Numbered from the stretch's first letter, positions 8,405 through 17,388 are shown. The stretch is 64,000 bases of DNA from Cenarchaeum sp. (GCA_965212015.1 OZ243037.1:1600001-1664000); one strand, 5' to 3'. Notes: generated by a model not told the origin, from the letters alone. A program made the numbers and translations.

Positions 8405-11400
8405 TCAGGATTTTGCCATCTTTACTGCCTCGATATGTGAGCATGTCGGAATCGTTCCCGGCTTTATTTTACCATACGTCTTGAACCCCTTGCACTGGCA
8501 GCCCGTACTAGTCACCCGATACGTTCTGCCCGGATCGCTCTCCGATGGAATCAGATACGCACCACCCGCATCGGACCTTATCACGCCGGCAGTAATTTCT
8601 GCCGCAATCCTGGTCGCTTTAACTTTCATTCCAGCGCTTACGATCGAGGGACCAGAACGCTCATCTATATGGATCGTCTCGTCGGTTCTAGCCGGCATCT
8701 TGCGTTTCGCATGGTCTGCCGGCTGAAAATTGACCCCGACATCAAAGCCCTTGTGGGGACAAATAGCCCTGAAATCGCACACGCCGCACATTGTATTCTC
8801 CGGCGTGGCCGCAAACTTGCCCTCCAGTATATGGTCTATTTTTGATTCTATGCCCTTTCTGGTCTTTTCGAGCTTTTCATCGCCGATATCCACGTAATCC
8901 TTCCTGTTCGTGTCAAGATGGTGCACTATGGCCTTTGCCGGCAGAATTCCCAGCGAATGCCTTGCGGCATACGAGTAGAATCGAATCTGCTCGGCATAAT
9001 CCGGATCATACACCCCGCCCTCCTTGTCCGCCTTGAAATCTATAATCTCCACCTCGGTCACGTCCCCCTTTTCGTTGATCCTTTTGAGCAGGTCTATGCT
9101 TCCCGATACCAGGGCCTTGTCCATCACAAACTCGAATCTTTTTTCCGTATCAAGAATGCTCCCAAAGCCGCCCTTGTGCAGCAGGATATAGTTGGATACC
9201 ACTTTTTTTCCCGCCTTTTTCATGTTCTCATTCTGCCTGCTTGATGCAAACCGCAGGTGGAACATGCTCTCAAACATGTCCCCGAGATCCTCTTCTGTCG
9301 GTATCCTTTTGTTTCTGATATAGTTGGAATGGACCAGATTCAGTATGTTGTGTATGTTTGTCCCGTATCCATATGCAGATGGCACCCCCGGATTAAACCC
9401 GAACACGTGCCGGAGCTTGTAATCGTACGGACACCTGTCATAGACGCTCAGCTGGCTGTATGTGGTGGGAAATGTCCCATCCGTCGGGATGCGGGGCTTC
9501 AGCTTGGTCTTTGTTTTTTTCACCTGTGACATTGCAGAAAACCTTCCGTTTTTCATCTCGTCGATGAACGGGTGCTGGACAATAATGTTCTTGGACGGGT
9601 ATGATTTTACAGTTATCTCCCTTTTTTGCGCACCCGTCAGGAACAGGTACTTTTGCGAGCGGGTTACTGCGGTATAGTATGCCCTTCGCTCATCCTCGAT
9701 GGTACCCGCATATCTCTCCCGGTCATACAGGTCATCGTTTACAAAGCACTCAGAGGGCGGGGGGCGTCTCCGGGATACAAAGCTGGGCACAAAGACTGCC
9801 GGAAATTCCAGTCCCTTTGCCTTCCATATGGTAAGTATCCTGACTGCGTCAACCATGCCCGGATCATCATGGCGCGGATCCGTATAGTACGTCTCTGCAA
9901 ACTGGGTGATAAACCACCTAAAGCCGGCAATTTCGCGGACTCTGAGCGTCTGGTATACGTATTCAAAGTCAGATACTGCCGTGCTCAGGACGGCCAGATT
10001 GTACATGGCCACATCATCAAAGACGTCCCTCTCGGATCCCATCGCGACCAGGATTCGCTGGTAAAACTCCTGCAGTCCCAGATTCGGAAGCCAGCCTCCG
10101 TGTGCAGATAGGGCCTCTGCCTGTCCCCTTGTCCGGGATAGCCCGTCTGCAAATTTCTGTCCGTTCTTCCCTGTAATCAGGGTATATCTTTCTGCCAGCT
10201 CGTCCAGGTTTGGAACCCCGCCGGTCGTATATCCCTCACAGTCAAATGTATAGCATATGCAGTCGACTGTAAAAGATACGATGTGGCGATCAAATATCCC
10301 GCTGCCGCTGTCTGCCACGCACGGGATGCCTTTTTGCTCAAAATAGCCGATTATTCTTGCCGCATCCTCGTTTGTCTTTACTATTACGGCCATGTCCCGG
10401 TAGGAGAGCGCAAAAGGGGCCCCCTGCTTGTCGACAAACTCTGTACCGCATAGCGCAGTCATGACAGATCGTATATAGTCAAACTCGTCGGTGTCGGTGG
10501 CAAAATGGTGGTGTATAATGTCCCCGCGCTCGTATACGCGGGGTTGTTTTTTGTGCGCCTCCATGTTCTTTTCAATTCGCCTATTGTTGTTTTTGATGAG
10601 TCTCTTTGCCACATCCACCAGCCCGTCCGTTGCCCTATAGTTGATGTCCAGCCCTTCTGTGGTGACGCCGTATTTTGCGTATTTTTTCTTGAAATCTATC
10701 ATGTGTTTTATGCTGCTTCCCCTCCACTGGAATATGTTCTGGTCATCGTCTCCCACCACGCAGACAGAGTCAGAAGCGCGCGAGAGGTATTCGAGTAGCT
10801 TTTCCTGCAGCCTGTTGACGTCCTGGTATTCGTCAAAGACCACGTGCTTTACAGAGTCGCCAAGATATTGCCGTGCTGTTTTGTCGCGGTCCAGCAGACT
10901 AGTCAGCTGGAATATTACGGACGTAAAGTCAAAGAATTTTTTTTCCTCCAGTTTTTTTACATATCTGTCATAACATTTGGCAAATCCGTTTGTGCGTATC
11001 ATTGATGTGTCTATGCCTTCGGTCATTACCATGTCGGCGCTACTACAGAATATCTGCATCACTCTCCATTTTCCTGTTCTTGGTCCCTGCATCACATCAA
11101 ATTTCATGTCGTAATACCACCTGTCGATAAACGCCATCCTTCTTGCAGAGTCCAGTATCTCAAAGGACTGGAATTCCGGCCGTATCTTTCGGATGATATG
11201 CAGGCAGAACGAGTCGATTGTGCCAATGTACATCTCGCCAAAGTCTGATTTTCCCTGTGTGTTCTCCAGGATTCTTCTTATTCTTAGCTTTAGCTCCTCG
11301 GCAGCCTTTTGCGTGAACGTAAAGGCCACTATCTTTGATGGGTCTGCGCCCTTTTTGATCAGCTGTGCGATGCGCCGGCTTACTACCTCTGTCTTTCCAG

Positions 11401-11485
11401 AGCCCGGACATGCCACTATTCTAAGGTGGCCCCTGTCGTGGCGTATTATGCGCTTTTGGATATCGGATAGCTGTATGTCCTGCAA
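8405..11485 (-). CDS. UvrD/Rep-family helicase fused to an Fe-S PD-(D/E)XK nuclease and a C-terminal SWIM zinc finger
   Basis: ACPGSGKT, FDEYQD, VGDDDQNIFQWRG, NYRA, TIWKAKGLEF, ERRAYYTAVTR; nuclease DRCPY..GSID..IIDFK..QIRFY..CGVCDFRAIC; SWIM CQCKGF-x-CSH; TTG start. Confidence 0.88.
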   Translation of the reverse strand: MQDIQLSDIQKRIIRHDRGHLRIVACPGSGKTEVVSRRIAQLIKKGADPSKIVAFTFTQKAAEELKLRIRRILENTQGKSDFGEMYIGTIDSFCLHIIRKIRPEFQSFEILDSARRMAFIDRWYYDMKFDVMQGPRTGKWRVMQIFCSSADMVMTEGIDTSMIRTNGFAKCYDRYVKKLEEKKFFDFTSVIFQLTSLLDRDKTARQYLGDSVKHVVFDEYQDVNRLQEKLLEYLSRASDSVCVVGDDDQNIFQWRGSSIKHMIDFKKKYAKYGVTTEGLDINYRATDGLVDVAKRLIKNNNRRIEKNMEAHKKQPRVYERGDIIHHHFATDTDEFDYIRSVMTALCGTEFVDKQGAPFALSYRDMAVIVKTNEDAARIIGYFEQKGIPCVADSGSGIFDRHIVSFTVDCICYTFDCEGYTTGGVPNLDELAERYTLITGKNGQKFADGLSRTRGQAEALSAHGGWLPNLGLQEFYQRILVAMGSERDVFDDVAMYNLAVLSTAVSDFEYVYQTLRVREIAGFRWFITQFAETYYTDPRHDDPGMVDAVRILTIWKAKGLEFPAVFVPSFVSRRRPPPSECFVNDDLYDRERYAGTIEDERRAYYTAVTRSQKYLFLTGAQKREITVKSYPSKNIIVQHPFIDEMKNGRFSAMSQVKKTKTKLKPRIPTDGTFPTTYSQLSVYDRCPYDYKLRHVFGFNPGVPSAYGYGTNIHNILNLVHSNYIRNKRIPTEEDLGDMFESMFHLRFASSRQNENMKKAGKKVVSNYILLHKGGFGSILDTEKRFEFVMDKALVSGSIDLLKRINEKGDVTEVEIIDFKADKEGGVYDPDYAEQIRFYSYAARHSLGILPAKAIVHHLDTNRKDYVDIGDEKLEKTRKGIESKIDHILEGKFAATPENTMCGVCDFRAICPHKGFDVGVNFQPADHAKRKMPARTDETIHIDERSGPSIVSAGMKVKATRIAAEITAGVIRSDAGGAYLIPSESDPGRTYRVTSTGCQCKGFKTYGKIKPGTIPTCSHIEAVKMAKS

Positions 11486-11737
11486 TGCCTATGGGGTATG
11501 CCCTCTTGTAAAAAAACCCTGCCTTGCGTGTCCAGACACATTCTGATGTTTTGCCCTTATCCTAGATGTAGATTCGCCGCTTGTAAATCCGGAATTGTAA
11601 AGGCGCAATAGTTGGAGATTGCATGTTCACACAATCAGACTCAAAAAGCTTTAGATCATTACCGTTCTGGCATACATTCATCTCTAGGCCGCCATACAGA
11701 CAGACACAGATTCTTGCAGAATCGCTACTTGGCACGG

Positions 11738-11764
11738 ATATGCCAGTCAGGCATTCTGGCCTTG
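11738..11764 (+). repeat. Internal direct repeat, copy 1 (ATATGCCAGTCAGGCAT...GGCCTTG)
   Basis: 17 nt identical to 12747-12763, followed by a near-identical tail. Confidence 0.7.
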
Positions 11765-11868
11765 CCACGAAAGCGACACGGAAGAAATTTGCAGTATATA
11801 AAGCACCAATCAACTTCACAGCGCCATTAGATATAATTCTTATATGTGGAAATAATCCTATATCATAC

Positions 11869-12018
11869 ATGACACTAAGAGACGTAAAACCATTTGATGA
11901 AGCCCAGTTGGCATTATTGCGAAAAAACTTGAAAAGAGGTGCGACTGCCAAACAGATAGAGAATTTAAAGAAAGCTGAAGAACACGTAGCCAAGGCCAAG
12001 GCAAACAGAAATTTCTGA
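11869..12018 (+). CDS. Small basic protein (49 aa), putative antitoxin partner of the downstream GNAT
   Basis: ATG at 11869 about 25 nt after a TATA-like CTTATAT; MTLRDVKPFDEAQLALLRKNLKRG...; stops 2 nt before the GNAT TTG. Confidence 0.5.
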   Translation: MTLRDVKPFDEAQLALLRKNLKRGATAKQIENLKKAEEHVAKAKANRNF

Positions 12019-12020
12019 AA

Positions 12021-12455
12021 TTGCATTTAAATAAAATAAATTTTGGATCAACACCATATGACTTTCATCTTGTTACTGATAAGGATCTAATTGATGATGA
12101 TTTTGAGTCATCTGAATAAGAATTTACTGATTATTTTCATCGTGATAGCTGGCAGGATATTCTTGAGAAAATAGTAAAGATGTATGTATTAAAGATAGAC
12201 GGCAAGATATTGGGATTTGTTACGCTTGGAATGGCACATATTAGAAACGATGCAACATGCAAAATAAAAGATAAAGAAATTAATGGAACCATACCTGCTT
12301 TGCTGATAAGTCATCGGGGTGATTTCAAGCATGATAATGGCGGGTGGCTACATTTTGATTCACTATCTGTAGCAAAACAAATGGGACGAATTATCACAAA
12401 AAAGCTGGGATTGAATATGCAATCATGTGGAAAATGCACCATATCATACGATTGA
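12021..12455 (+). pseudogene. GNAT acetyltransferase (TacT/AtaT-like toxin) pseudogene with in-frame stop and replaced C-terminus
   Basis: TTG at 12021; DFESSE*EFTDYF with TAA at 12117-12119; MYVL..GKILGFVTL..IPALLISH, then no acetyl-CoA (Q/R)xxGxG motif. Confidence 0.65.
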
Positions 12456-12513
12456 CAGTATGTGGAGGACTGATACTGTAAAGATTTATTGGCAATGTGT
12501 ATTGGCACTGCCT

Positions 12514-12624
12514 GTGAAATATTTCGCATACGGCTCCAATTTGAACCCGAAATGTTTGGACTACTGGTGCAGGAATAAATTACCCTGTTGTGATCGGAAA
12601 TTGATGCGGATCCCTCTAGAGTAA
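12514..12624 (+). pseudogene. Gamma-glutamylcyclotransferase (GGCT/AIG2-like) N-terminal fragment
   Basis: GTG start followed by the KYFAYGSNL signature; stops after 36 codons. Confidence 0.55.
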
Positions 12625-12746
12625 GACTCCTCCAAAATGGAGATTTTTTGAGCAGGCACAAACAAGGCCTGAATGGGACCTGCAAGAGATGCCTAGAGTA
12701 GACTGCTATACGGCCCGAGGTCACGTCCTGACATCGGACATGACGC

Positions 12747-12775
12747 ATATGCCAGTCAGGCATATTCCGGCCTTG
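12747..12775 (+). repeat. Internal direct repeat, copy 2 (palindromic ATATGCC-AGTCA-GGCATAT)
   Basis: Matches 11738-11764. Confidence 0.7.
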
Positions 12776-12828
12776 AAATAATCAGAGTGGCACGACTGGA
12801 AATTTTTAGCAAAGCACCACACAACCTC

Positions 12829-12840
12829 CCCCGACTCGGG
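12829..12840 (+). repeat. Right 12-bp direct repeat CCCCGACTCGGG
   Basis: Identical copy at 6443-6454. Confidence 0.7.
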
Positions 12841-12946
12841 AAGGCCGGCCCGGATGCGCCTGCAGCATGTGATCGCCCGGAGTGGCGGATTCCGCCCGAT
12901 ACGGGGACGAATGAATTTATTTACACACAGGTTTTAGCAAACACGT

Positions 12947-13033
12947 GCGGAGATCGCCTAGCTTGGTAGGGCGTGGGATTGCTAATCCCATGTCCGCAAG
13001 GACTCGAGGGTTCAAATCCCTCTCTCCGCGCCA
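12947..13033 (+). tRNA. tRNA-Ser(GCT), long variable arm, CCA follows the discriminator
   Basis: Acceptor GCGGAGA/TCTCCGC, anticodon arm TGGGA-TTGCTAA-TCCCA, variable arm GTCC-GCAA-GGAC, T-loop GGTTCAAATCC. Confidence 0.96.
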
Positions 13034-13070
13034 TACTAATACTTAAAAAGCCCCTGCCATGTTTTTAGCC

Positions 13071-13232
13071 ATGGGACGTAGAAAAACCCAGAAAATTATA
13101 AAATCCGGACCGAAAAACGCCACTACGGGAATGTGTCCACTGTGCAAGACGATAGGACGCATCTTCATTACGGGGCAGGTGGGCCAGGAGCGCGGCAAGT
13201 GCCCTGCATGCAACCAGTCATTTGATCTCTGA
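13071..13232 (+). CDS. 53-aa basic zinc-ribbon protein, Elf1-like transcription elongation factor candidate
   Basis: MGRRKTQKIIKSGPKNATTGMCPLCKTIGRIFITGQVGQERGKCPACNQSFDL; TATA-like CTTAAAAAG about 25 nt upstream; absent from the ORF track. Confidence 0.75.
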   Translation: MGRRKTQKIIKSGPKNATTGMCPLCKTIGRIFITGQVGQERGKCPACNQSFDL

Positions 13233-13334
13233 GTCCGATCTTTTCTACAGTCGGATTGTGCCCAAGGCAGGCGATCCTGCCGCCGGCGCGGGTCTTGCCA
13301 ACGCTTATTTTCCCGCCCGCCGTTGCGTACCGCA

Positions 13335-13967
13335 ATGGAGATATCCGTCGAGCAGATGTACAGGATTGAAAACAACGGCCACGACATGGGGTTTTTGAAG
13401 AAATTCATGATGGAAAATGCAGGTGCTGCCGCCGTGAGGCGACTAGCAGAAAAGATTGACGTGGAATCCAAAAAAATACTAATCCTTGCGGGACTGGGAA
13501 ACAACGGCGGCGACGGGCTGGTGATGGCCAGGCATCTTGCGGGATACGGGGCCGACGTCACCGTGATGCTTCTTGGATCCCCTGATGGAATAAAGACCGA
13601 GGAGAGCGCCTGGAACTGGTCAATCCTGCAAAAAATGCCCTCAGTAAGGCTGGTGCACGAAACGGATTTTGCGGCAGATGTGATAATAGATGCGATACTT
13701 GGGACGGGGATATCCGGAAAAATCAAAGAGCCTTTTGCATCTGCAATTGGCCGCATCAACGCGGCCCGGTGCTACAAGCTTGCAGTAGACGTCCCATCCG
13801 GGCTGGACCCGCAGACAGGCGAGGCAGCTAATGTCTGCGTAAGGGCCGACATGACTGTCACGTTTCACAAAATGAAGCGGGGAATCCCGAAAAGGCGAGA
13901 TCTTACCGGCGACATACACGTAGAAAGGATAGGGATTCCGCCAGAGGCGGAGGGCGACGTCATATGA
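13335..13967 (+). CDS. nnrE: NAD(P)H-hydrate epimerase (YjeF-N)
   Basis: MMENAG, GNNGGDG, IIDAILGTG, VDVPSG motifs. Confidence 0.93.
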   Translation: MEISVEQMYRIENNGHDMGFLKKFMMENAGAAAVRRLAEKIDVESKKILILAGLGNNGGDGLVMARHLAGYGADVTVMLLGSPDGIKTEESAWNWSILQKMPSVRLVHETDFAADVIIDAILGTGISGKIKEPFASAIGRINAARCYKLAVDVPSGLDPQTGEAANVCVRADMTVTFHKMKRGIPKRRDLTGDIHVERIGIPPEAEGDVI

Positions 13968-14575
13968 TCGTGCACCAGATCCCGGTGGGCGGCATGCAAA
14001 ACTTTTGCTATGTGGTGTGCGACGAGGAGACCGACGAGTGCATTGTAATTGATCCCTCGTGGGATCTTGACAGGATAGAGGAGGTAATTTCCAGGGACTC
14101 GCTGCGCGTAAAATACGTGGTAAACACGCACCACCACTTTGATCACACCGCAGGCAACAGGGCAGTCGCTGACTCTACCGGGGCCAAGATAGTGCAGCAC
14201 GAGGCCTCGGATCTGGACTGTGACATATCGGTAAAGGACGGCGAAAAGATACGGTTTGGCAGCAGCGAGCTTGCAGTGGTGCACACGCCGGGCCACTCAA
14301 AGGACAGCATATGCCTGGTCGGGGACGGAAAGATTTTTTCCGGCGACACGCTGTTTGTCGGAAGCTGCGGCAGGGTGGATCTTCCAGGCGGCAGCGCCGG
14401 GGAGCTGTACCACAGCCTGTTTGATGCGCTGTACGGCATGGGCGACGATCTCGTCCTGTATTGCGGCCACGACTATGGAAGCTCAAAGACCTCGACTTTG
14501 GGCGCCGAAAAAAGAACCAACCCCGTGATGCAAAAAAGAACCGAGCGGGAATTCACAGAAATGATGGGACAGTGA
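13964..14575 (+). CDS. MBL-fold metallohydrolase (glyoxalase II-like)
   Basis: THHHFDH, HTPGH, FSGDTLF, GHDY motifs. Confidence 0.92.
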   Translation: MIVHQIPVGGMQNFCYVVCDEETDECIVIDPSWDLDRIEEVISRDSLRVKYVVNTHHHFDHTAGNRAVADSTGAKIVQHEASDLDCDISVKDGEKIRFGSSELAVVHTPGHSKDSICLVGDGKIFSGDTLFVGSCGRVDLPGGSAGELYHSLFDALYGMGDDLVLYCGHDYGSSKTSTLGAEKRTNPVMQKRTEREFTEMMGQ

Positions 14576-14579
14576 TAGA

Positions 14580-15638
14580 TTGGATGACATCGGGCTTTAT
14601 GGCAACACTGCAAAGGCGAGGGGCTTTTCGGACTCGCTGAGGGGGAAAAACTTTCTCTTCTCCCTTGTCATCTCGTACACCAAAACGTGCGAGATTCCCG
14701 GAATAACCTTTGCCGGCTCTGATCCAGAGTCGGTAAGGTATACTGCGCCGGCAGACGCAGAGTTTCTTTACTACGGGCACTGCAAGTCAATTGACGGCAT
14801 CCCCGTGACGCCTGACGGAAAGCCGACTCCGGCGCTATTAACCAGAGTCGCCCTCGAATCTGCCGGCATACCGCATGTGACAGTCAATGCGGGCAGTGCC
14901 ATACCCCCGCAGCTGCCCTACATTCAGACCGGGCTGCCCTGTGGGCAGAACATTGCGCACGGGCATGCTATGGGCAAGGCAGACTTGCTCCGGGCAGTAG
15001 ACTATGGCCGGATAATCGGCCGCACCCTGGCATCCGTGACTGACTGCCTGGTGATAGGCGAGAGCATTCCCGGCGGAACCACCACTGCGCTTGCAGTCAT
15101 GCGGGGACTGGGCATAGACGCAAGCGTAAGCTCCAGCATTCCCGACAATCCTGTTGCGCTGAAAAACAAGACAGTCGAGGGCGCGCTGAAAAACGTCACA
15201 TCAGACGATCCGTTTGCAATTGCCGCCGCCCTGGGGGATCCGATGATTCCGACTGTAGCAGGCATGCTCAGCGGCGCAAGTGAAATCTCGCGCGTAATCC
15301 TTGCGGGCGGAACGCAGATGGCAGCCGTCCTGTCCTTTGGCAGATCGCTGGGCTTTAACGCAGACAATACCGCGGTGGGAACCACGTCATACATTACAGA
15401 CGACAAATCTGCGAACTTTCTTGACACCATGGGGCAGATTGCCGACATTCCCATCCTTGTGGTGGACCCGGGACTGGACGGGTCGTCCATCGACGGGCTG
15501 CGTGCATACTCTGAGGGGTTTGCAAAGGAGGGCGCCGGCGCAGGCGGGTGCCTTGCCGCATCGATGCTAAAGGCCGGAACGAGCCCCGAAAAGCTGCGCG
15601 AGCTTGCAGAAAGACAGTACGCGCGCATCCTTACCTGA
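14580..15638 (+). CDS. cobT: Archaeal nicotinate-mononucleotide-dependent phosphoribosyltransferase CobT
   Basis: PTPALLT, GESIPGGTTTA, LAGGTQM, KEGAGAGG motifs. Confidence 0.88.
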   Translation: MDDIGLYGNTAKARGFSDSLRGKNFLFSLVISYTKTCEIPGITFAGSDPESVRYTAPADAEFLYYGHCKSIDGIPVTPDGKPTPALLTRVALESAGIPHVTVNAGSAIPPQLPYIQTGLPCGQNIAHGHAMGKADLLRAVDYGRIIGRTLASVTDCLVIGESIPGGTTTALAVMRGLGIDASVSSSIPDNPVALKNKTVEGALKNVTSDDPFAIAAALGDPMIPTVAGMLSGASEISRVILAGGTQMAAVLSFGRSLGFNADNTAVGTTSYITDDKSANFLDTMGQIADIPILVVDPGLDGSSIDGLRAYSEGFAKEGAGAGGCLAASMLKAGTSPEKLRELAERQYARILT

Positions 15639-17388
15639 CTGTCACCGATTTTGCCAGGTTTCTTGGATGGTCGGGATCTGTGTCCTTTTTTATTGCCAGA
15701 TAGTATGCCAGCATCTGAACCGGGATAATCTCGGTAATGGGATACATTGACTCGCCGATCTTTGGAATCCTTATCCAGTGGTCGTACACGTCGCTGTTTT
15801 TGTCCGATATTCCGATAATCCTTGCGTTTCTGGCCCTGATCTCCCTGGCGCTGTTTATCGTGTCCTGGTATGTCGAGTCATCGGGGTTGATGATTATCAC
15901 ATAGACGCTAGAGTCCATCAGGGCAAGCGGGCCGTGCTTTATCTCGCCTCCGGGAATCCCCTCTGCGTGTATGTACGTGAGCTCCTTTAGCTTTAGCGCC
16001 GCCTCGCAGGCTATCGGATAGTGCACCCCCCTGCCCAGGACGTAAATGTCAGAGACGTCTGCGAGCTTGGCTGCCACGTCCTGTATGTCCTTGCAGGATG
16101 CCAGGATTTTTGAGACAGAGTCAGACACTGCCCCAAAGTCTACCCCCATGCTCCCCCCGCAGAGCTTTTCTGTAATGTTGTAGATTATGCCCAGCTGCGC
16201 CGTAAAGCTCTTTGTTGCCGCAACGCCTATCTCAGGTCCGCAGTTCATGCCCATGACCAGCGAGGACTCTTGTGCCAGCGACGACATTTGCATGTTGACA
16301 ATTGACAGCACCCTTGCGTTTGATCTCTTTGCAATGGCTGCTGCCTCTATGACGTCTGCGCTCTCGCCGCTCTGCGAGATTGCAATCAGAATCGAGCCGC
16401 TCTCCATGTAGATTGGCGAATGCGGCAGCTCGCTTGCAATCACCGGCTCTATTCTTATCTTTGCGTATTTTGATGCCAGGTGGCGGAATATCAGGGCGGC
16501 GTTATAGCTGGTGCCGCTTCCCGTGACGTATGTCACCTTTGCCTGCCTTATCTGCTCTGCGATGCGGCCTATCTCCGGGCTGTCCCTTCCTGCGCGCAAG
16601 ACGGTGTCTGGCTGCTCAAAGATCTCCTTGAGGGTGTAATGGGCATAGTCGCCCTTGTATGCGTCGGCAAACTCTTTTGAGACCTTGGTGATCTGCTTTT
16701 TTAGCGTGTTTCCCTCAAAATCATAGACGGACAGCCCGGAGGAGTCGAGTATCACAAAGTTGTTGTTCTCGATATAGATTGCGTCGTCTGTCTGCTCTAT
16801 AAAGCCCAGCACGTCGCTTGAGAGAAAATACGAGTCCCTTCCGACCCCGATTATCAGCGGTTCGCGAAACCGTGCTGCTGCCAGCGTCCCGTCATCGAAC
16901 ATGGCTACAAAGGCATAGTGGCCCCTTAGCTGCGCAAACGTCATCATCATGGCCTCCTTGATGTCTGAGCTTTTGGCATAGTTTTTTTGCAGCTGGTTGA
17001 CTAAAACCTCGGTGTCAGTCTCGCTCTTGAATGAAAACCCGTCGCCGACTAGTTTCTCCTTTAGCTCCGTATAGTTCTCTATCATGCCGTTGTGCACAAG
17101 CGCAATCCTTCCAGAGTTGCTTGGGTGCGGGTGTGCGTTGGCATCAGTTATCCCCCCGTGGCTGGCCCAGCGCGTGTGGCCAATGCCCACGCTTCCGGAC
17201 ATCTCGTCTAGCTTGAATGACCGGTTTACATCCGACACCCGTCCGATCCCCTTTCTGAGTGAGATATCCGAGCCGGTCCCCGTCGCAATCCCGACGCTGT
17301 CGTACCCCCGATACTCCATCCTCTTGAGGCCCCTTACCAGTATTGGAGCCGCCTTACCCTTGCCAGTGTATCCGATTATAGAGCACAA
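15631..17388 (-). CDS. glmS: Glutamine--fructose-6-phosphate aminotransferase
   Basis: MCSIIG N-terminal Cys, EYRGYDS, GHTRWA, PRNLAKSVTV. Confidence 0.97.
   Translation of the reverse strand: MCSIIGYTGKGKAAPILVRGLKRMEYRGYDSVGIATGTGSDISLRKGIGRVSDVNRSFKLDEMSGSVGIGHTRWASHGGITDANAHPHPSNSGRIALVHNGMIENYTELKEKLVGDGFSFKSETDTEVLVNQLQKNYAKSSDIKEAMMMTFAQLRGHYAFVAMFDDGTLAAARFREPLIIGVGRDSYFLSSDVLGFIEQTDDAIYIENNNFVILDSSGLSVYDFEGNTLKKQITKVSKEFADAYKGDYAHYTLKEIFEQPDTVLRAGRDSPEIGRIAEQIRQAKVTYVTGSGTSYNAALIFRHLASKYAKIRIEPVIASELPHSPIYMESGSILIAISQSGESADVIEAAAIAKRSNARVLSIVNMQMSSLAQESSLVMGMNCGPEIGVAATKSFTAQLGIIYNITEKLCGGSMGVDFGAVSDSVSKILASCKDIQDVAAKLADVSDIYVLGRGVHYPIACEAALKLKELTYIHAEGIPGGEIKHGPLALMDSSVYVIIINPDDSTYQDTINSAREIRARNARIIGISDKNSDVYDHWIRIPKIGESMYPITEIIPVQMLAYYLAIKKDTDPDHPRNLAKSVTVR

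Larger units (their letters stand above)
6443..12840. mobile_element. Genomic island / putative defence island bounded by the 12-bp direct repeat CCCCGACTCGGG
   Basis: Direct repeat at 6443-6454 and 12829-12840; AT-richer than flanks; TA, helicase-nuclease and pseudogene cargo; ends about 100 nt upstream of tRNA-Ser; no integrase seen. Confidence 0.65.

Noticed and set aside
8405-9500. Cas4 call for the Fe-S nuclease domain
   Set aside because: It is fused to a UvrD helicase and there is no cas1/cas2 or array; AddB/AdnB-like is more apt
11562-12026. 154-aa minus-strand ORF and the long form of 11623-12018
   Set aside because: Shadow or extension of the 49-aa plus-strand ORF, which has the TATA-like box and coupling to the GNAT frame
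12947-13033. tRNA-Ser 3' end as the island att site
   Set aside because: No duplicate of the tRNA end found by eye; the island lies 5' of the tRNA and has no integrase
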